Positions 1-15,334 of a stretch of DNA of 64,000 nucleotides are shown here, piece by piece; the first letter of the stretch is position 1, and each line of letters opens with the position of its first letter. The DNA comes from Eledone cirrhosa (Eukaryota). The notes under the pieces are model-generated. The model did no database searches and was not told the origin of the DNA. It saw only the letters and a program-made list of their open reading frames with translations. The stretch is from contig CAXHJY010000812.1 in NCBI GenBank assembly GCA_964016885.1, positions 1 to 64,000 of the forward strand, written 5' to 3'. The translations under genes were made by a program, and so were the position numbers.

Positions 1-100
1 AGATAAAGTGATAGTGGTTCTGCAAAAGTAGATTGAAAGACATACACATATATATAATCACCCACAAACACACACATACAACACCACACAACACTCACCC

Positions 101-139
<39 letters not shown>

Positions 140-340
140 GTGGAGAGTAAATAAAGGAGAACACACCTTTAAAACATGTTTATTTAAAATAGCACCCTCT
201 GCATACCCTATTGGCAAATAACTACATGTATCGCCTATCCCCCCTTCTCTCTCTCTCTCGATACTTAAATATTCTCTCTCTATATATATATATGCAGAGG
301 TTATATTTATATATCCAGAAAGCTCCAACCGTTAAGTTTG

Positions 341-405
341 TATTTTATCTGATGAAAGCGCACCATAATTTGCCTTGTTGCCCTTGAAATATGTATAATA
401 AAATA
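341..405 (+). ncRNA. Minimal type I hammerhead ribozyme motif (family H1)
   Basis: TATTTTAT-CTGATGA-AAG..CTT-GAAA-TATGTA-TA-ATAAAATA. Stem I is an 8-bp perfect match, the core is intact, stem III is self-complementary, and predicted cleavage is AUA at 397. Homologues at 38262, 53296 and 54630. Confidence 0.85.
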
Positions 406-443
406 AATATGGTTTTATAAATATAGTTTCCATTTATTAATAT

Positions 444-514
<71 letters not shown>

Positions 515-737
515 ATTTTACATTCATTTAATTTATTAATTTATTATTTGTGTGACCCGAATTTTCCAGGTCGTCTTTTCGGTTGTGCGAATGATTTTAA
601 GCATTGTCTCTATGTGCCGGTATTTAAACGATAGTTATAGCTCTGGTTGATCCAAACTATTGAGCCCTTTGCCACACATTTCGAAGATTGTGTTTCGTTA
701 TTTCGTTGGCTGAGATTCCGATTCTCAATTATTTATT

Positions 738-783
<46 letters not shown>

Positions 784-987
784 TAAAAATATTGGAGATT
801 CTGTTTTTTTTTTTAAATCTCCGTTATACACATTTCACTGAGCACTATCAGTTAAGGTAGCCTGAGCTCTTAAGAGAGCAAAATCTAAAATAATCTTTGA
901 AATTTTTTAATAAACCTTTAAATTTAGAAAAATCCAATAATTTCCGGAACAAAATTCATATGTACACACACATACACACAAACACAC

Positions 988-1050
<63 letters not shown>

Positions 1051-1370
1051 TTCCAATTTCATTTTACTCTATATATATGTCTTTCATATTTTAATTATTT
1101 AAAAATTATTTTAAAGCGAACATGATTTCATTTATTATCAGGAAATAAATAGGAATGTAGAAATTAAACCATCTTTCTTGTTTATTATTATAATAAAATT
1201 CTGGATGAACAAAAAACGTGGAGTGCTTTACACCTGTTAAACAAATTCTGGCAGATTTTCAATCAACTAACTATCTTCAAATGAATATATATATATATAT
1301 GTATTGTACGTAAAATATGTGTGTATATATATATATATATGAGTGCATATATGTATATATATATATATAT

Positions 1371-1705
1371 GAAAGAAGAGCAGAGGCTGGTAACGGCTCA
1401 AAGTGCCATGGAGAGATCAATGATAGGAATCTCGTTGAGAGAGCACATCAGGAGCGAAGTCATCAGACAGAAGTCCGGCGTGAGGGACGTCATCACGGAA
1501 TATATGCGCACTAAGTTCAGATGGGCTGGACACGTCGCCCGGTTCACCAATAGTCGGTGGAGCCGCGTAGTTGCCGAGTGATAAACGACCACTCGGAAGG
1601 CCTGAACGAAGGTGGAGTTACGATTTTAGGAATACGATTGGAAACTACATGGAAAGCACGATCCAGAGAGAAATGGACGGCGTGCTGTGACCAGCGGCGC
1701 GAATG
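1371..1705 (+). mobile_element. RTE-clade LINE 3' fragment (degenerate)
   Basis: Translation RLVTAQSAMERSMIGISLREHIRSEVIRQKSGVRDVI..KFRWAGHVARF matches the RTE C-terminal WAGHV motif; stop and frameshift downstream. Confidence 0.8.
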
Positions 1706-1716
1706 TACATATGCAT

Positions 1717-2281
1717 ATATGTAATCCATGTGCAACCATGCAGTATTCTTCTCCCCATATTTTTCATATATTTACCTAAACTGCGATTTTCTGTTTCTCT
1801 GTTTCTCTCTTACTGCTCCCTCGTTCTCTCTGTTTCTCTTACCTTCTTTCGTCCCCTCTGTCAGTTAACACTTTCTCTCGACTGACCTCTTCCTCACACT
1901 TCCACTCACTCACTCTCTGTTTCTCCCCTTCTCACTTCCTCCCGTTCGCTAGGAGTCGGATCTTTCTTTCTCACATCCCATTCACAGCGAAAGGTCTGTT
2001 TGCTAAGCGCTCATGAATTCACCCAGCTTACGCTGATCGAATAACCATGTTGCTTGTTTTCTTCCCATCTTCGGTTAGCCTTTCTTCGATGTTGTTTACT
2101 TGTCTCATTCGCTTTACGCGTTTCACTTGTCCCAATAGCTTATTTTAGTTATTGCTCGCACCAACGTGAGGTATATGATTTTTAATGCGATGAAATACCA
2201 ATGATCGTTGGCAAATCACTGATGAGGGACTAATTTTTATAATATGTAATCCATGTGCAACCATGCAGTATTCTTCTCCCC

Positions 2282-2288
<7 letters not shown>
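1717..2288. repeat. ~570-bp non-coding element bounded by a ~46-bp direct repeat (probable PLE pseudo-LTR remnant)
   Basis: ATATGTAATCCATGTGCAACCATGCAGTATTCTTCTCCCCATATTT at about 1717 and 2242; CTGATGA lies just upstream of the second copy. A diverged relative lies at about 19150-19635. Confidence 0.55.
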
Positions 2289-2353
<65 letters not shown>

Positions 2354-2455
2354 AATATATATGTATATATATATATATATTAGTATATATATATATATAT
2401 ATGCATATATATATATGCATATATATGTATATATATATATATATATATATGCATA

Positions 2456-2517
<62 letters not shown>

Positions 2518-3124
2518 ATATATATATAATTATTTATGTACATATGCATATGTATGCATATATATATATACACAGAAATACCCACGGTTACTTGTGGAGT
2601 CCAGTCTGCATGAAGAACTCAATGTAATCCATATGTTGAAAATGTTGTAGGTTAAAATAAATCTTGGAAAACAATAAAACGTTAAAAGGAAAACAGAGTC
2701 ATGACATAAGTTAAAAGAATGAAATAAAAATTCAAGTCATTAAGAATATACTTCACTGCTTTACGATCGTTTTTAGGTGATGATAATACATCGTACGCAT
2801 ATTACTTTATCGATCGATGCAAGGTTATTTGATTTCTTGAATAAAAGACAAGAACTGATTATAGCTTGTACTCACTCTATACGAAAAATATTTAAGTACT
2901 ATAAACCTAATTAAACATTCTAAATAGCAGCTCACTATAGCTCCATGTGACGTAGCTTTTTATTAGTATCGACTTCTCCTAATTATACGCCATCTTGTTA
3001 ATTTTTTAACCTTTTTAACTTTTTAGCTTCCATAGATTCATGCGTTATTGACTAAGGTCATCAAGGTACATAACCACCTGTAATTGCATGGGTATACATG
3101 AATCAATGTATGTATGATAAGAGA

Positions 3125-3155
<31 letters not shown>

Positions 3156-3509
3156 TATGTGTGTGTGTACATGTGTATATGTGTGTGTATGTGTATGTGT
3201 ATGTACATGTGTGTACATGTATATATGTATGTATATGTATGTATATATATAATAATATATATCTATGTATGCGTATGAATGTTTTTAATGGAGTATCTAT
3301 GTAATTATACCTCTATCTATATATGTGAATATATGTACTTTTGTGATCTAAGAAAATTATGCGTTTTGGCTATATGTCAACATGCATTTATCTGGGATTG
3401 ACTACTTATACATAGACACACTTGAAAATATTTACTATTTTATATTTTATGATGCATCAGACGCCTTATTATACAATATACAATGTACCATAATGCACTA
3501 TATTATATT

Positions 3510-3920
3510 ACAGGATTGGCAGTATCGGTAGAGGGTCGGACGCCATGTTTTGAATCATAGAGTTACCTTCCTGTATGATCTGAGTTCAAATCCCGCCGGG
3601 GTTAACTTTGCCTTTCATGTTTACGGGGTCGATAAAACTATAGTACCAGTAATGCACTGGGTAATTGCTAGCCTTGTGCCAAATGTAGGAACAATTATAT
3701 TATATTATTATATTTTCATTGTATTAGGGCGGTGAATTGGCAGTATTGGGAGAGGGTCGGACGCCATGCTTTGACGTATAGAGTTACGGCCCTTGTCATT
3801 CTGAGTTCAAATCCCGCCGAGGTTAACTTGCCTTTCATCCTTACGGGGTCGATAAAATAAAGTACCAGTAATGCACTGGGTAATTGCTGGCCTTCTGCCT
3901 AACGTAGAAACAATTATATT
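3510..3920 (+). mobile_element. Two tandem tRNA-derived SINEs (Octopus-type)
   Basis: A-box-like TGGCAGTATCGG, B-box GAGTTCAAATCC and body GGTTAACTTTGCCTTTCATCCTTACGGGGTCGATAAA..GTACCAGT; copies start at about 3512 and 3726. Confidence 0.8.
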
Positions 3921-4208
3921 ATTGTATTTTTCATCTTTTAATATACTATGCTTCCCAGTTATACCATTACTTTACCTATCTATATCTATTCTTGTTATTT
4001 CCGTATATTTTATATTTCTTTATTTATATTCACCTAAAAACGCCATACAACACAACTCAAATATTAAATAGATTGTTATGATCACGTTGTGTAGGAATGT
4101 TGTAAAAAACAAAGACCATAAAACCACACCTTCCTGATTCATTATTGAAACTATCATCTGGAATATATATATATACATATACATGTGCATACATATATAT
4201 ATATGAGC

Positions 4209-4282
<74 letters not shown>

Positions 4283-4512
4283 GTCCAAATATATATATGT
4301 ATATATAGTATTAATTATACTATTTATGGTTATGTAAATACAAAAACCTTTTGCAGTTATATATTTTTTATACAAACCTTAAATAGTGGTAGGCAGTAAT
4401 ATATTACTTCCGTATTACCAGTAAGTTAAATAGCTCAATGTAAAAACATCAGATGATTTACAGAGCAGTTATATGAAATATAAGAATCAAAGAACTGTTC
4501 AAAACTTTTTTA

Positions 4513-4559
4513 TGCTTACAACTGTTTCCTCCAAACCGAGGTTTGGATTCTTCGGAGCA
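4513..4559 (-). ncRNA. Hammerhead-like motif with variant CCGAAGA core (family H2)
   Basis: Minus strand TGCT-CCGAAGA-A-TCCAAAC(CTCG)GTTTGGA-G-GAAA-CAGTTG-TA-AGCA; stems I, II and III all pair. Confidence 0.7.
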
Positions 4560-6003
4560 ATTTATTAATGAATGAACACTTATATGACCTCCTTTTCACC
4601 CAAGAGACATACAGATACATATGCAAATATTGTGGGTCAACATTCATTACAGCATTTAGAGTGGCAGTACACACTTAGAGATTACATTCATATTAAAAGA
4701 TACAATCAAAAATACAGGTTAAAATACAACATGAAAATAAGCGGTTATATAGTGCAAATGTTATATGTGTGGCAGGCACGTGCGTCTTGTTTATATAGTG
4801 TGGCAGAGAGTTACGTATAGTAGAAGCACTTAAGTAGGTAAACAAGAGTGTTACGATGGTTGATCTGGTGGCAAATTCTTTATAAGATTGTTATAGTCTG
4901 TGTGTGGAGAAATAATATAAGCATTAAAAATAGTGCAAGCATTAAAAATATTAAAAATATTGGAAATGCACAGCAAAGGGATGATTTGGACTTCATGTAC
5001 TTCGACATTTTCATAGTCTGGGGAGTGTATTTTTCAGATTATATGCCCCTCACATAATCCACGACAATTCGTTATTGAGCGTTTGACAATCCAGTTAGAG
5101 AATCGTAGTCTGATGTTCTTTAGTTCAATACAGGAGGATGTTACGTTTCGAGAATCGACATTGAAATACTACCCGGAAATGTGTGTGTGGCTAAGGGGAG
5201 TTAATGCATGAGGGGAGGTAACTCCGAGGTTTCTATTACTAACTATTGAAATGTGTCTCAAAATAGACCCTAACTTCTATGGTTATGCGCAATTTCTAAA
5301 AAATTTCTAAAGCTTAAAGTGTTTTAACTATAGAGTAGTCTATTAAGTTGTGCTGAAGGTGTTCGTATTATTATGGTGAATTAATCCCCATCGTAGAGTG
5401 CCACAAATGAATATTATAGACGACGAGCGAGGATTCTAAATTAATGATCTCTGTGGTTGTAGTCTACTCAAAGGACCAGGCGCGGTGATTGCAGACTCAC
5501 TTCAACACACAATGATCTCTGGTAAGTTCTGGGTCATCGCTTGCTACATTGGATGTCGAAAGATAATCATCACCAGGGCAGACCAGAGTTCAATCTGCAG
5601 TCCTCATGATGCCACTCTGACCATCAAATCATCCATATATGTACAACCCGTACGCCAGGTGCAATACATTTATTCCCTGCACTCAGCGTACCGGTCATAC
5701 TGCTCAACCGCGTTACTAGATTAATTCGTTTTTCATCTGTCCAACGAAGGCACTTCCTCCGCACAACACTAACAAGACAATCAATTCATGCTTAAATTAC
5801 CTATAGAGCGGTGTAGTGCAGTTCAAGTGGGTGGATGTTGTCACACCTAAAGTAGAGGTACAAATGGGTATTCGCCCTGTGAAGGGTTCTAGTGGGATGT
5901 CGCTGTTTGTGTTATATTAGATCAGTTAGTGTTGGGTATGTGGTATAAGGTGTGCCCCTGGTGTTTGATGCTAGAGGTGGTGTTTGGTTCAAGTCCGACA
6001 TTG

Positions 6004-6858
6004 CTATATATTGGGCTTAAAGTTTTGGAAGGAATGTCTGAAGCGGTGCTGGCAAGTTGCAAATACTTCAGTTTTTTTGTTAAGTAGGTTACGGTTAGAG
6101 AAGATAATATTGTGGGTCTCGAGTATACAGATGTTACAAAATATATTAGGTGGTTTGTACGAAGTCGCGCTACCTATCACTACCCATTTGAGTGTGTAAG
6201 GTTTATTTTTAGTTTTTAGATAGTGTATGTAGCTAGATAGTGAGGTGGAGTTGGCTAGACTGTGCTTTTTGAACGAGTGGATGTGCGAATTATATCTGAT
6301 TTTGAAGCAGTTAGAAGTGGAGCCTACATAGGTTTCTGAAGAGTTGCTAGTTGTAATGGTGCATGAGTATATGATATCCTTGGTTAGGCATTTTTTATCT
6401 AAAGGGCAGGTTCTATTACCTCTACAGTTACAATTATCCTGTGTGTTAGTCTGCTGGTTATAATGCAGTGCAGAAGTCTGGGTGGTAGCTATAGGATTTT
6501 GGACATTCGGGTTGTCGACCCCGGTGTTATTTCTTATACTAGTGTTATTTCTATTGTTACTGCCGTTACTATGGTCGCTTGCTACAGAGGTATTTAGAAG
6601 GTTTACATTCTGTTGTGATTTCGTTTGTTGGAAGTAAGAATTAATTTTACTTTTATTGCTGCTAGCTATGTGGTATGCTAAGTTAGGCGTCGTAGAGTAT
6701 GAGATTCTAATAGTGTTTTTGTTTAAAAGGTTGTGGTACTTGTGTCCTAGAGGGAAGTTTTTATCTAGTAGTGAGAAGAAAGCCCTAGGTATGTTGGTGG
6801 AGACATTCAGGTTGAAAGGAGTGTTGAAAATCATATAAAGAATTTGCCACCAGATCAA
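6004..6858 (-). CDS. PLE C-terminal linker + GIY-YIG endonuclease (5'-truncated; Hydra-like clade by motif recall)
   Basis: FNTPFNLNVSTNI..DKNFP..NKNTIRISYS; CNCR..CPL..CL..IIYSC..TYVGST..FKIRYNSH..CNICILE..LLNKKTE..CQH. The start codon lies in the inverted arm and is artefactual. Confidence 0.85.
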   Translation of the reverse strand: MIWWQILYMIFNTPFNLNVSTNIPRAFFSLLDKNFPLGHKYHNLLNKNTIRISYSTTPNLAYHIASSNKSKINSYFQQTKSQQNVNLLNTSVASDHSNGSNNRNNTSIRNNTGVDNPNVQNPIATTQTSALHYNQQTNTQDNCNCRGNRTCPLDKKCLTKDIIYSCTITTSNSSETYVGSTSNCFKIRYNSHIHSFKKHSLANSTSLSSYIHYLKTKNKPYTLKWVVIGSATSYKPPNIFCNICILETHNIIFSNRNLLNKKTEVFATCQHRFRHSFQNFKPNI

Positions 6859-7204
6859 CCAAATTACACTCTTGTTTACCTACTTAAATGCTTCTACTAC
6901 ACGTAACTCTCTGCCACACTATATAAACAAGACGCACCTGCTTGCCACACATATGAACATTTGCACTATATAACCGCTTATTTTCATGTTGTATTTTAAC
7001 CTGTATTTTTGATTGTATCTTTTAATATGAATGTAATCTCTAAGTGTGTACTGCCACTCTAAATGCTGTAATGAATGTTGACCCACAATATTTGCATATG
7101 TATCTGTATGTCTCTTGGGTGAAAAGGAGGTCATATAAGTGTTCATTCATTAATAAATTGCTCCGAAGAATCCAAACCTCGGTTTGATTCTTATATTTCA
7201 TATG

Positions 7205-7247
<43 letters not shown>

Positions 7248-7371
7248 AAATATATGTATATATATATATCGATAACGAAGTATGGGTACGATGTATTATC
7301 ATCACCTAGAAACGATCCTAAAGCAGTGAAGTATATTCCTAATGACTTGAATTTTAATTTCATTGTTTTAA

Positions 7372-7407
<36 letters not shown>

Positions 7408-7493
7408 TTTATGTACATATGCATATGTATGAATATATATATATATATATATATACTGTATATATATATAATTCTTTATATACATTTACTATG

Positions 7494-7530
<37 letters not shown>

Positions 7531-7538
7531 ATTTATGT

Positions 7539-7610
<72 letters not shown>

Positions 7611-7847
7611 GTGTATATATATATAGATATATGCTCATATATATATGCACATGTATATGTACATATATATTCCAGATGATAGTTTCCATAATGAGTCAGG
7701 AAGGTGTGGTTCTATGGACTTTGTTTTTACAACATTCCTACACAACGTAATCATAACAATCTATTTAAAGCTATCTCTTCTGTTAACGATTAAAAAATGT
7801 TACTCAAAAATCTTGGGATGTTATCTGGAGATGTTGAACTTTGAACC

Positions 7848-8149
7848 GGGTGCACCGAAAACGGTAAACGTTTTCGGTGCACCCGCTCGATATGCAAATT
7901 AACCCACTCGATATGCAAATTGGGCTGCTCAGCCGTTAATACGCATAAGGAAAGTATATACTTTCAGACGTTCAATCATCTGGCAGGAAGGTATACGTTG
8001 CTGACGATAGCTAATAAGATTGAAACTAGTACAGCGTTCCTTTGTCAGTGTTGAACAAACGAGCAACGATGGTTGCTGGACACTACGGCTTAATACGGGA
8101 TGTTTGTTTACAAACACACCGAGCATTATAATAAATGTTCGGTGAATCC

Positions 8150-8150
<1 letters not shown>
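7848..8150. repeat. Dispersed ~300-bp repeat with terminal hairpin
   Basis: Inverted homologue of the tandem pair at 22640-23545; contains the palindrome GAAAGTATATACTTTC and a perfect 16-bp hairpin at 7848-7884. Confidence 0.75.
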
Positions 8151-10683
<2,533 letters not shown>

Positions 10684-10724
10684 ATGATGGCTGCCCCCTC
10701 GTTATCGAGTATGGCCATTGCACA

Positions 10725-10765
<41 letters not shown>

Positions 10766-10832
10766 ATAATAATAATAATAATAAATAAATAAATAAAAAA
10801 AAAAAAAAAATAAATAAAAAATAAAAAAAAAG

Positions 10833-10863
<31 letters not shown>

Positions 10864-11059
10864 TATACATATATATATATATACACATATATATACACAC
10901 ACACATACATACACATACATACATATATACACATATATATACATATATATATATATACACATATATATACACACACACATACATACACATACATACATAT
11001 ATACACACACACATACATACACATACACTCACACATATATACACACATACATTAATAAC

Positions 11060-11099
<40 letters not shown>

Positions 11100-11178
11100 G
11101 CAATAATAATAATAACGACAACAACAATAATAATATACATATTCATATATATATACACACACACGCACGCACATAAGC

Positions 11179-11220
<42 letters not shown>

Positions 11221-12383
11221 GATAGCAACTAACAGTGCTGCGATCGAATGTGGCTTTTTAGCCCAGCCAATGATCCAAAATGTCTTGCACAGAGTCGGCA
11301 ACCAAAACATTTACTGGGAATAGTCGGCTGTGGTTGGAGTTCGTGTACTTTTGCATGTCGCTTGAGTCCTCCTGCTGATTTACATTCTCTACCACATGTT
11401 TGGCAAGCATGATGAGTAGCATCTCCAACAGCAGCCTGGTAGTCAACCACTGGTCTTACTTTATGACTGCGAAGATGACTTTCGAGTCCAGCTTTGCTTA
11501 GGCAGAGTCTCGCACAGACGCTGCATGTCAGAAACATAGGAGGACCCTCGCCGTCTGGAAGTGCAACAGCAATACCCTTCCTCACGTCCCGCTTTACTTT
11601 CTCGTGTGCGATTCGAGATGCCTCAAAGGCAACTTTTCCCTCATATACAGTCTTTCTCCATTTATTACGATCAGCAGCAACATTTTCCCATGTATCAGCA
11701 GAGATGTTAGCGTCTCTCAGAGAGGCCTTCAAGGAATCCTTATACCTCTTTTTTGGTTTATGTGGCGGTCGTTTTCCTTTAACCAACTCTCCATAGAAGA
11801 GTTGTTTTGGTATTCTAGAATCCTTCATCCTGGCAAGGTGACCACTCCAACGGAGTCGCTGCTTAAGCACAAGAGCTTCTATACTGTCACACATAGAGCT
11901 TTCCAAAATCTCGACATCACTGATGTGGTCCCTCCAGTGAACGCCATGTATCCGTCTGAGACACATCTGATGGAAACGCTCCAATTGCTTAAGGTGGCGT
12001 CGATATGTGACCCAGGTCTCGCAGGCATAAAGAAGACAAGAGAGTACACATGCCCTGTACACCTTTACCTTTGTCCTCCTGCATATGTCTCGCCGACCCC
12101 AGAGTCGCCTTTCTAGCTTTCCGAAAGCATCACTTGCTTTCCTAATCCTAAGTGAGATTTCACTGTCAAGGTTGCCGTATCGATTGACAGTGCTTCCCAG
12201 GTAGACAAACTGATCAACCACTCCAAGCCGTTTGCCATACACATAGATGTTTGGTTCAGTGTACTGCCTACCAGGTGCAGGTTGGTACATGACGACGGTT
12301 TTCTTGAGACTGACAGTCAAACCCAGGGCAGTGCAAGCGTCAGAAAATACATTCAAAATGTGCTGCATATCACTCTCTGATAT
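10684..12383 (-). mobile_element. 5'-truncated RTE (BovB-like) LINE; 3' UTR split by simple repeats
   Basis: ORF 11229-12368, plus a putative 3' tail motif (plus strand GATGGCTGCCCCCTCGTTATCGAGTATGGCC at about 10686) shared with about 18490. Confidence 0.8.
11229..12368 (-). CDS. RTE ORF C-terminus (RT thumb region + three C2H2 zinc fingers)
   Basis: [44 protein letters not shown]; fingers CSVC..HLRSH, CQTC..HAKVH and CRLC..HIRSQH; stop-free for 379 aa. Confidence 0.9.
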   Translation of the reverse strand: MQHILNVFSDACTALGLTVSLKKTVVMYQPAPGRQYTEPNIYVYGKRLGVVDQFVYLGSTVNRYGNLDSEISLRIRKASDAFGKLERRLWGRRDICRRTKVKVYRACVLSCLLYACETWVTYRRHLKQLERFHQMCLRRIHGVHWRDHISDVEILESSMCDSIEALVLKQRLRWSGHLARMKDSRIPKQLFYGELVKGKRPPHKPKKRYKDSLKASLRDANISADTWENVAADRNKWRKTVYEGKVAFEASRIAHEKVKRDVRKGIAVALPDGEGPPMFLTCSVCARLCLSKAGLESHLRSHKVRPVVDYQAAVGDATHHACQTCGRECKSAGGLKRHAKVHELQPQPTIPSKCFGCRLCARHFGSLAGLKSHIRSQHC

Positions 12384-12447
12384 AGATATATATATACATA
12401 TATATATCTATATATACATACATATATATATATGTATATATATATAC

Positions 12448-12482
<35 letters not shown>

Positions 12483-12618
12483 TACATATATATATGTATA
12501 TATATATACACATGTATATATACATATTTATATGTATATATATACATATAAATATATATATATACATATGTATATATGCATATATATATGTATATATATA
12601 CATGTATATGTACATATG

Positions 12619-12650
<32 letters not shown>

Positions 12651-12658
12651 TACATATC

Positions 12659-12707
<49 letters not shown>

Positions 12708-13387
12708 GTGTATATGTACATATATATACTGTATATATATATATATCGTACATATAATTTATTTACATATATAATAAATATCGACAGACAACCACACACA
12801 CACACACACACGTATGTACATTATAGATATGTTTTATATATATTTCAGTGCAGTCTGTAGGAAGCTTCAATACACCTAACTTAATTGTAGACCAAAAAGA
12901 CGTGTCTGTGTGTGTGTGTGTGTGCGTGTGTCTGTATGTGTTTACCTCTTCATATGTATGTATATGTGCGTGTCTGTGTGTGTGTATGTATTTACCTCTT
13001 CATGTTTGTCTGTGTGTGTGCGTGTGTACGTCTATCTCTTCAATTGTATGTGTGCTTGTGTATCTATGTCTTTGTATATGCATGTGTACGTGTATCTATG
13101 TGCGTGTATGTGTATATGAATGTGTATACTCTGCGTGTGTCTAACTGTTTATATATATATATATATATATATTCATGTATATATATATATATATATATAT
13201 ATTGTATATATATATATGGTATATATATATATGGTATATATATATATGGTATATATATATATATATTGTATATATATAGTATATATATATATAGTATATA
13301 TATATATATATTGTATATATATAGTATATATATATATATAGTTATATATATATATATATTGTATATATATAGTATATATATATATAG

Positions 13388-13419
<32 letters not shown>

Positions 13420-13628
13420 GTTATGGAATAAACAACATAAGATAATTATTTCCGACGGAATTACTTCACATATATATATATATATATATATTGTGTAGAT
13501 AAATCTACCAAGAGTTTACGGTAGTGTCCAATCCGTATGAAGAACTCAATGTAATCCGGATATCATGGAAAGAAGAGATGCAATGAAAAATCACTTTCGG
13601 TGAAAGATAAACGGAATACAGAGTCAAG

Positions 13629-13794
13629 ATAAAATATTAAACAAATAATGAATAAAACAATGAAACAGTTCCTTATATTAAACAAAAAAAGTACATTATT
13701 TAACACATATATATCCTAGAAACGATCGTTAAATAATGAACTTTTTTTGTTTAATATAAGGAACTGTTTCATTGTTTTATTCATTATTTGTTTA

Positions 13795-13803
<9 letters not shown>
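13629..13803. repeat. Fold-back palindrome (~75-bp arms)
   Basis: Arm 13629-13704 is the near-perfect reverse complement of 13728-13803; a related single arm lies at about 47290-47365. Confidence 0.9.
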
Positions 13804-13832
<29 letters not shown>

Positions 13833-13847
13833 TATACATATATATAC

Positions 13848-13942
<95 letters not shown>

Positions 13943-13968
13943 TTTATATAAATATTTATATATATATT

Positions 13969-14002
<34 letters not shown>

Positions 14003-14044
14003 AATATATATATATAAATATATATATATAAATATATATATATA

Positions 14045-14075
<31 letters not shown>

Positions 14076-14079
14076 TTAT

Positions 14080-14226
<147 letters not shown>

Positions 14227-14295
14227 AATATATATATATATAAATATATATATATATATCGAGTGTGTATATACATATATATATATATATATATA

Positions 14296-14483
14296 ACCGA
14301 GGAGTTGTGGTAAGGAACCAGATGGTCCATAACACACCAGAGTACTCAACACTTAGGGTATATGAGTGGGTAATAGGAAAATGTTTATTCCCGACGGCAG
14401 ACTTCAAGCCGTTTCGACGGCTATTTCAGTCCAGAAGTAGCCATCGAAACAGTTTGAGCCCTGCCGTCGGGACTAAACATTTT
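14296..14483. repeat. ~200-bp hairpin-ended dispersed element, copy 1
   Basis: Shares GTGGTAA.GAACCAGATGG.CCATAA..CACCAGAGTA.TCAA.ACTTAGGGT with 18271 and 38906; fold-back at 14378-14483. Confidence 0.85.
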
Positions 14484-14507
14484 TTTCTCTCTCTGTATCT
14501 ATCTATC

Positions 14508-14549
<42 letters not shown>

Positions 14550-15334
14550 GTGTCTGTGTGTGCTTGTATGTATGTGTGTGCGTGTGTGTATGTATGTATG
14601 CGTCTGTGTATATGTGTGCACGTGTGTGTATGTATGAGTGTATGTGTATGTGTGTGTGTGTTTATGTCTATATGTGTGTGTGTATATGTAAGCGCGAATG
14701 TATCTGTATGTGTATATATCTATATGTGTGTCTACTGCGCCCCTTGATATCTCAAACAATATATCATGCGTTATTTTTATATTTAGTATTCTCTCTTTCT
14801 CTGTGGCTTGCTCCCCCCTCTCTCTCCGTCTTGCCCCATCTCTCTCTCCCTTTGTCTCTCCTTCATTCTGCCTCTTTGGCTTAAACTGTATTTTGTATAT
14901 ACATATATAATATATAAGGTGTAAATATATATTTACATCTTATCTCTCTCTATATATATATATGTATATATATATGTATATATATATATATATGTGTGTG
15001 TATGTATGTATCACTTGGTTCTGCATGGAACCATCATGGCTGCCATGCAACATCTTTCATTAATTAGATGACTTTCTCAAGCAATGTATTCTAACATTGT
15101 GTCTATTCATTCTAGAACTCCTAGTAGAGAAACAAAAACAAAATCAAACAAACAAACACGCAAACCAAAAATAGAACAAAAATAAAAATAAGAATAAGTT
15201 AAAATAAAGGCATATTCCCAACCTAATTTAAAAGACTTGATTCTGGGTTGATGTACTTTTGTCTATATTCTTTTTCTTCTATGCCTTTCTATTTCTTCTT
15301 GTAACGGATCAATATTTACAATGGTGTGTTTTTA

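Larger units (their letters stand above)
4471..7203 (-). mobile_element. 5'-truncated Penelope-like element with inverted pseudo-LTR
   Basis: Inverted arms 4471-4884 and 6834-7203 flank a minus-strand GIY-YIG ORF; a hammerhead motif in the 3' arm is on the ORF strand. Confidence 0.85.

Noticed and set aside
3510-3920. tRNA genes
   Set aside because: A/B boxes are present but there is no cloverleaf; these are SINE heads.
10723-10830. AATAAA + poly(A) suggesting a processed pseudogene
   Set aside because: Only ~40 bp of unique sequence precedes it, and that matches an RTE-type tail on the opposite strand; it is part of a simple-repeat tract.
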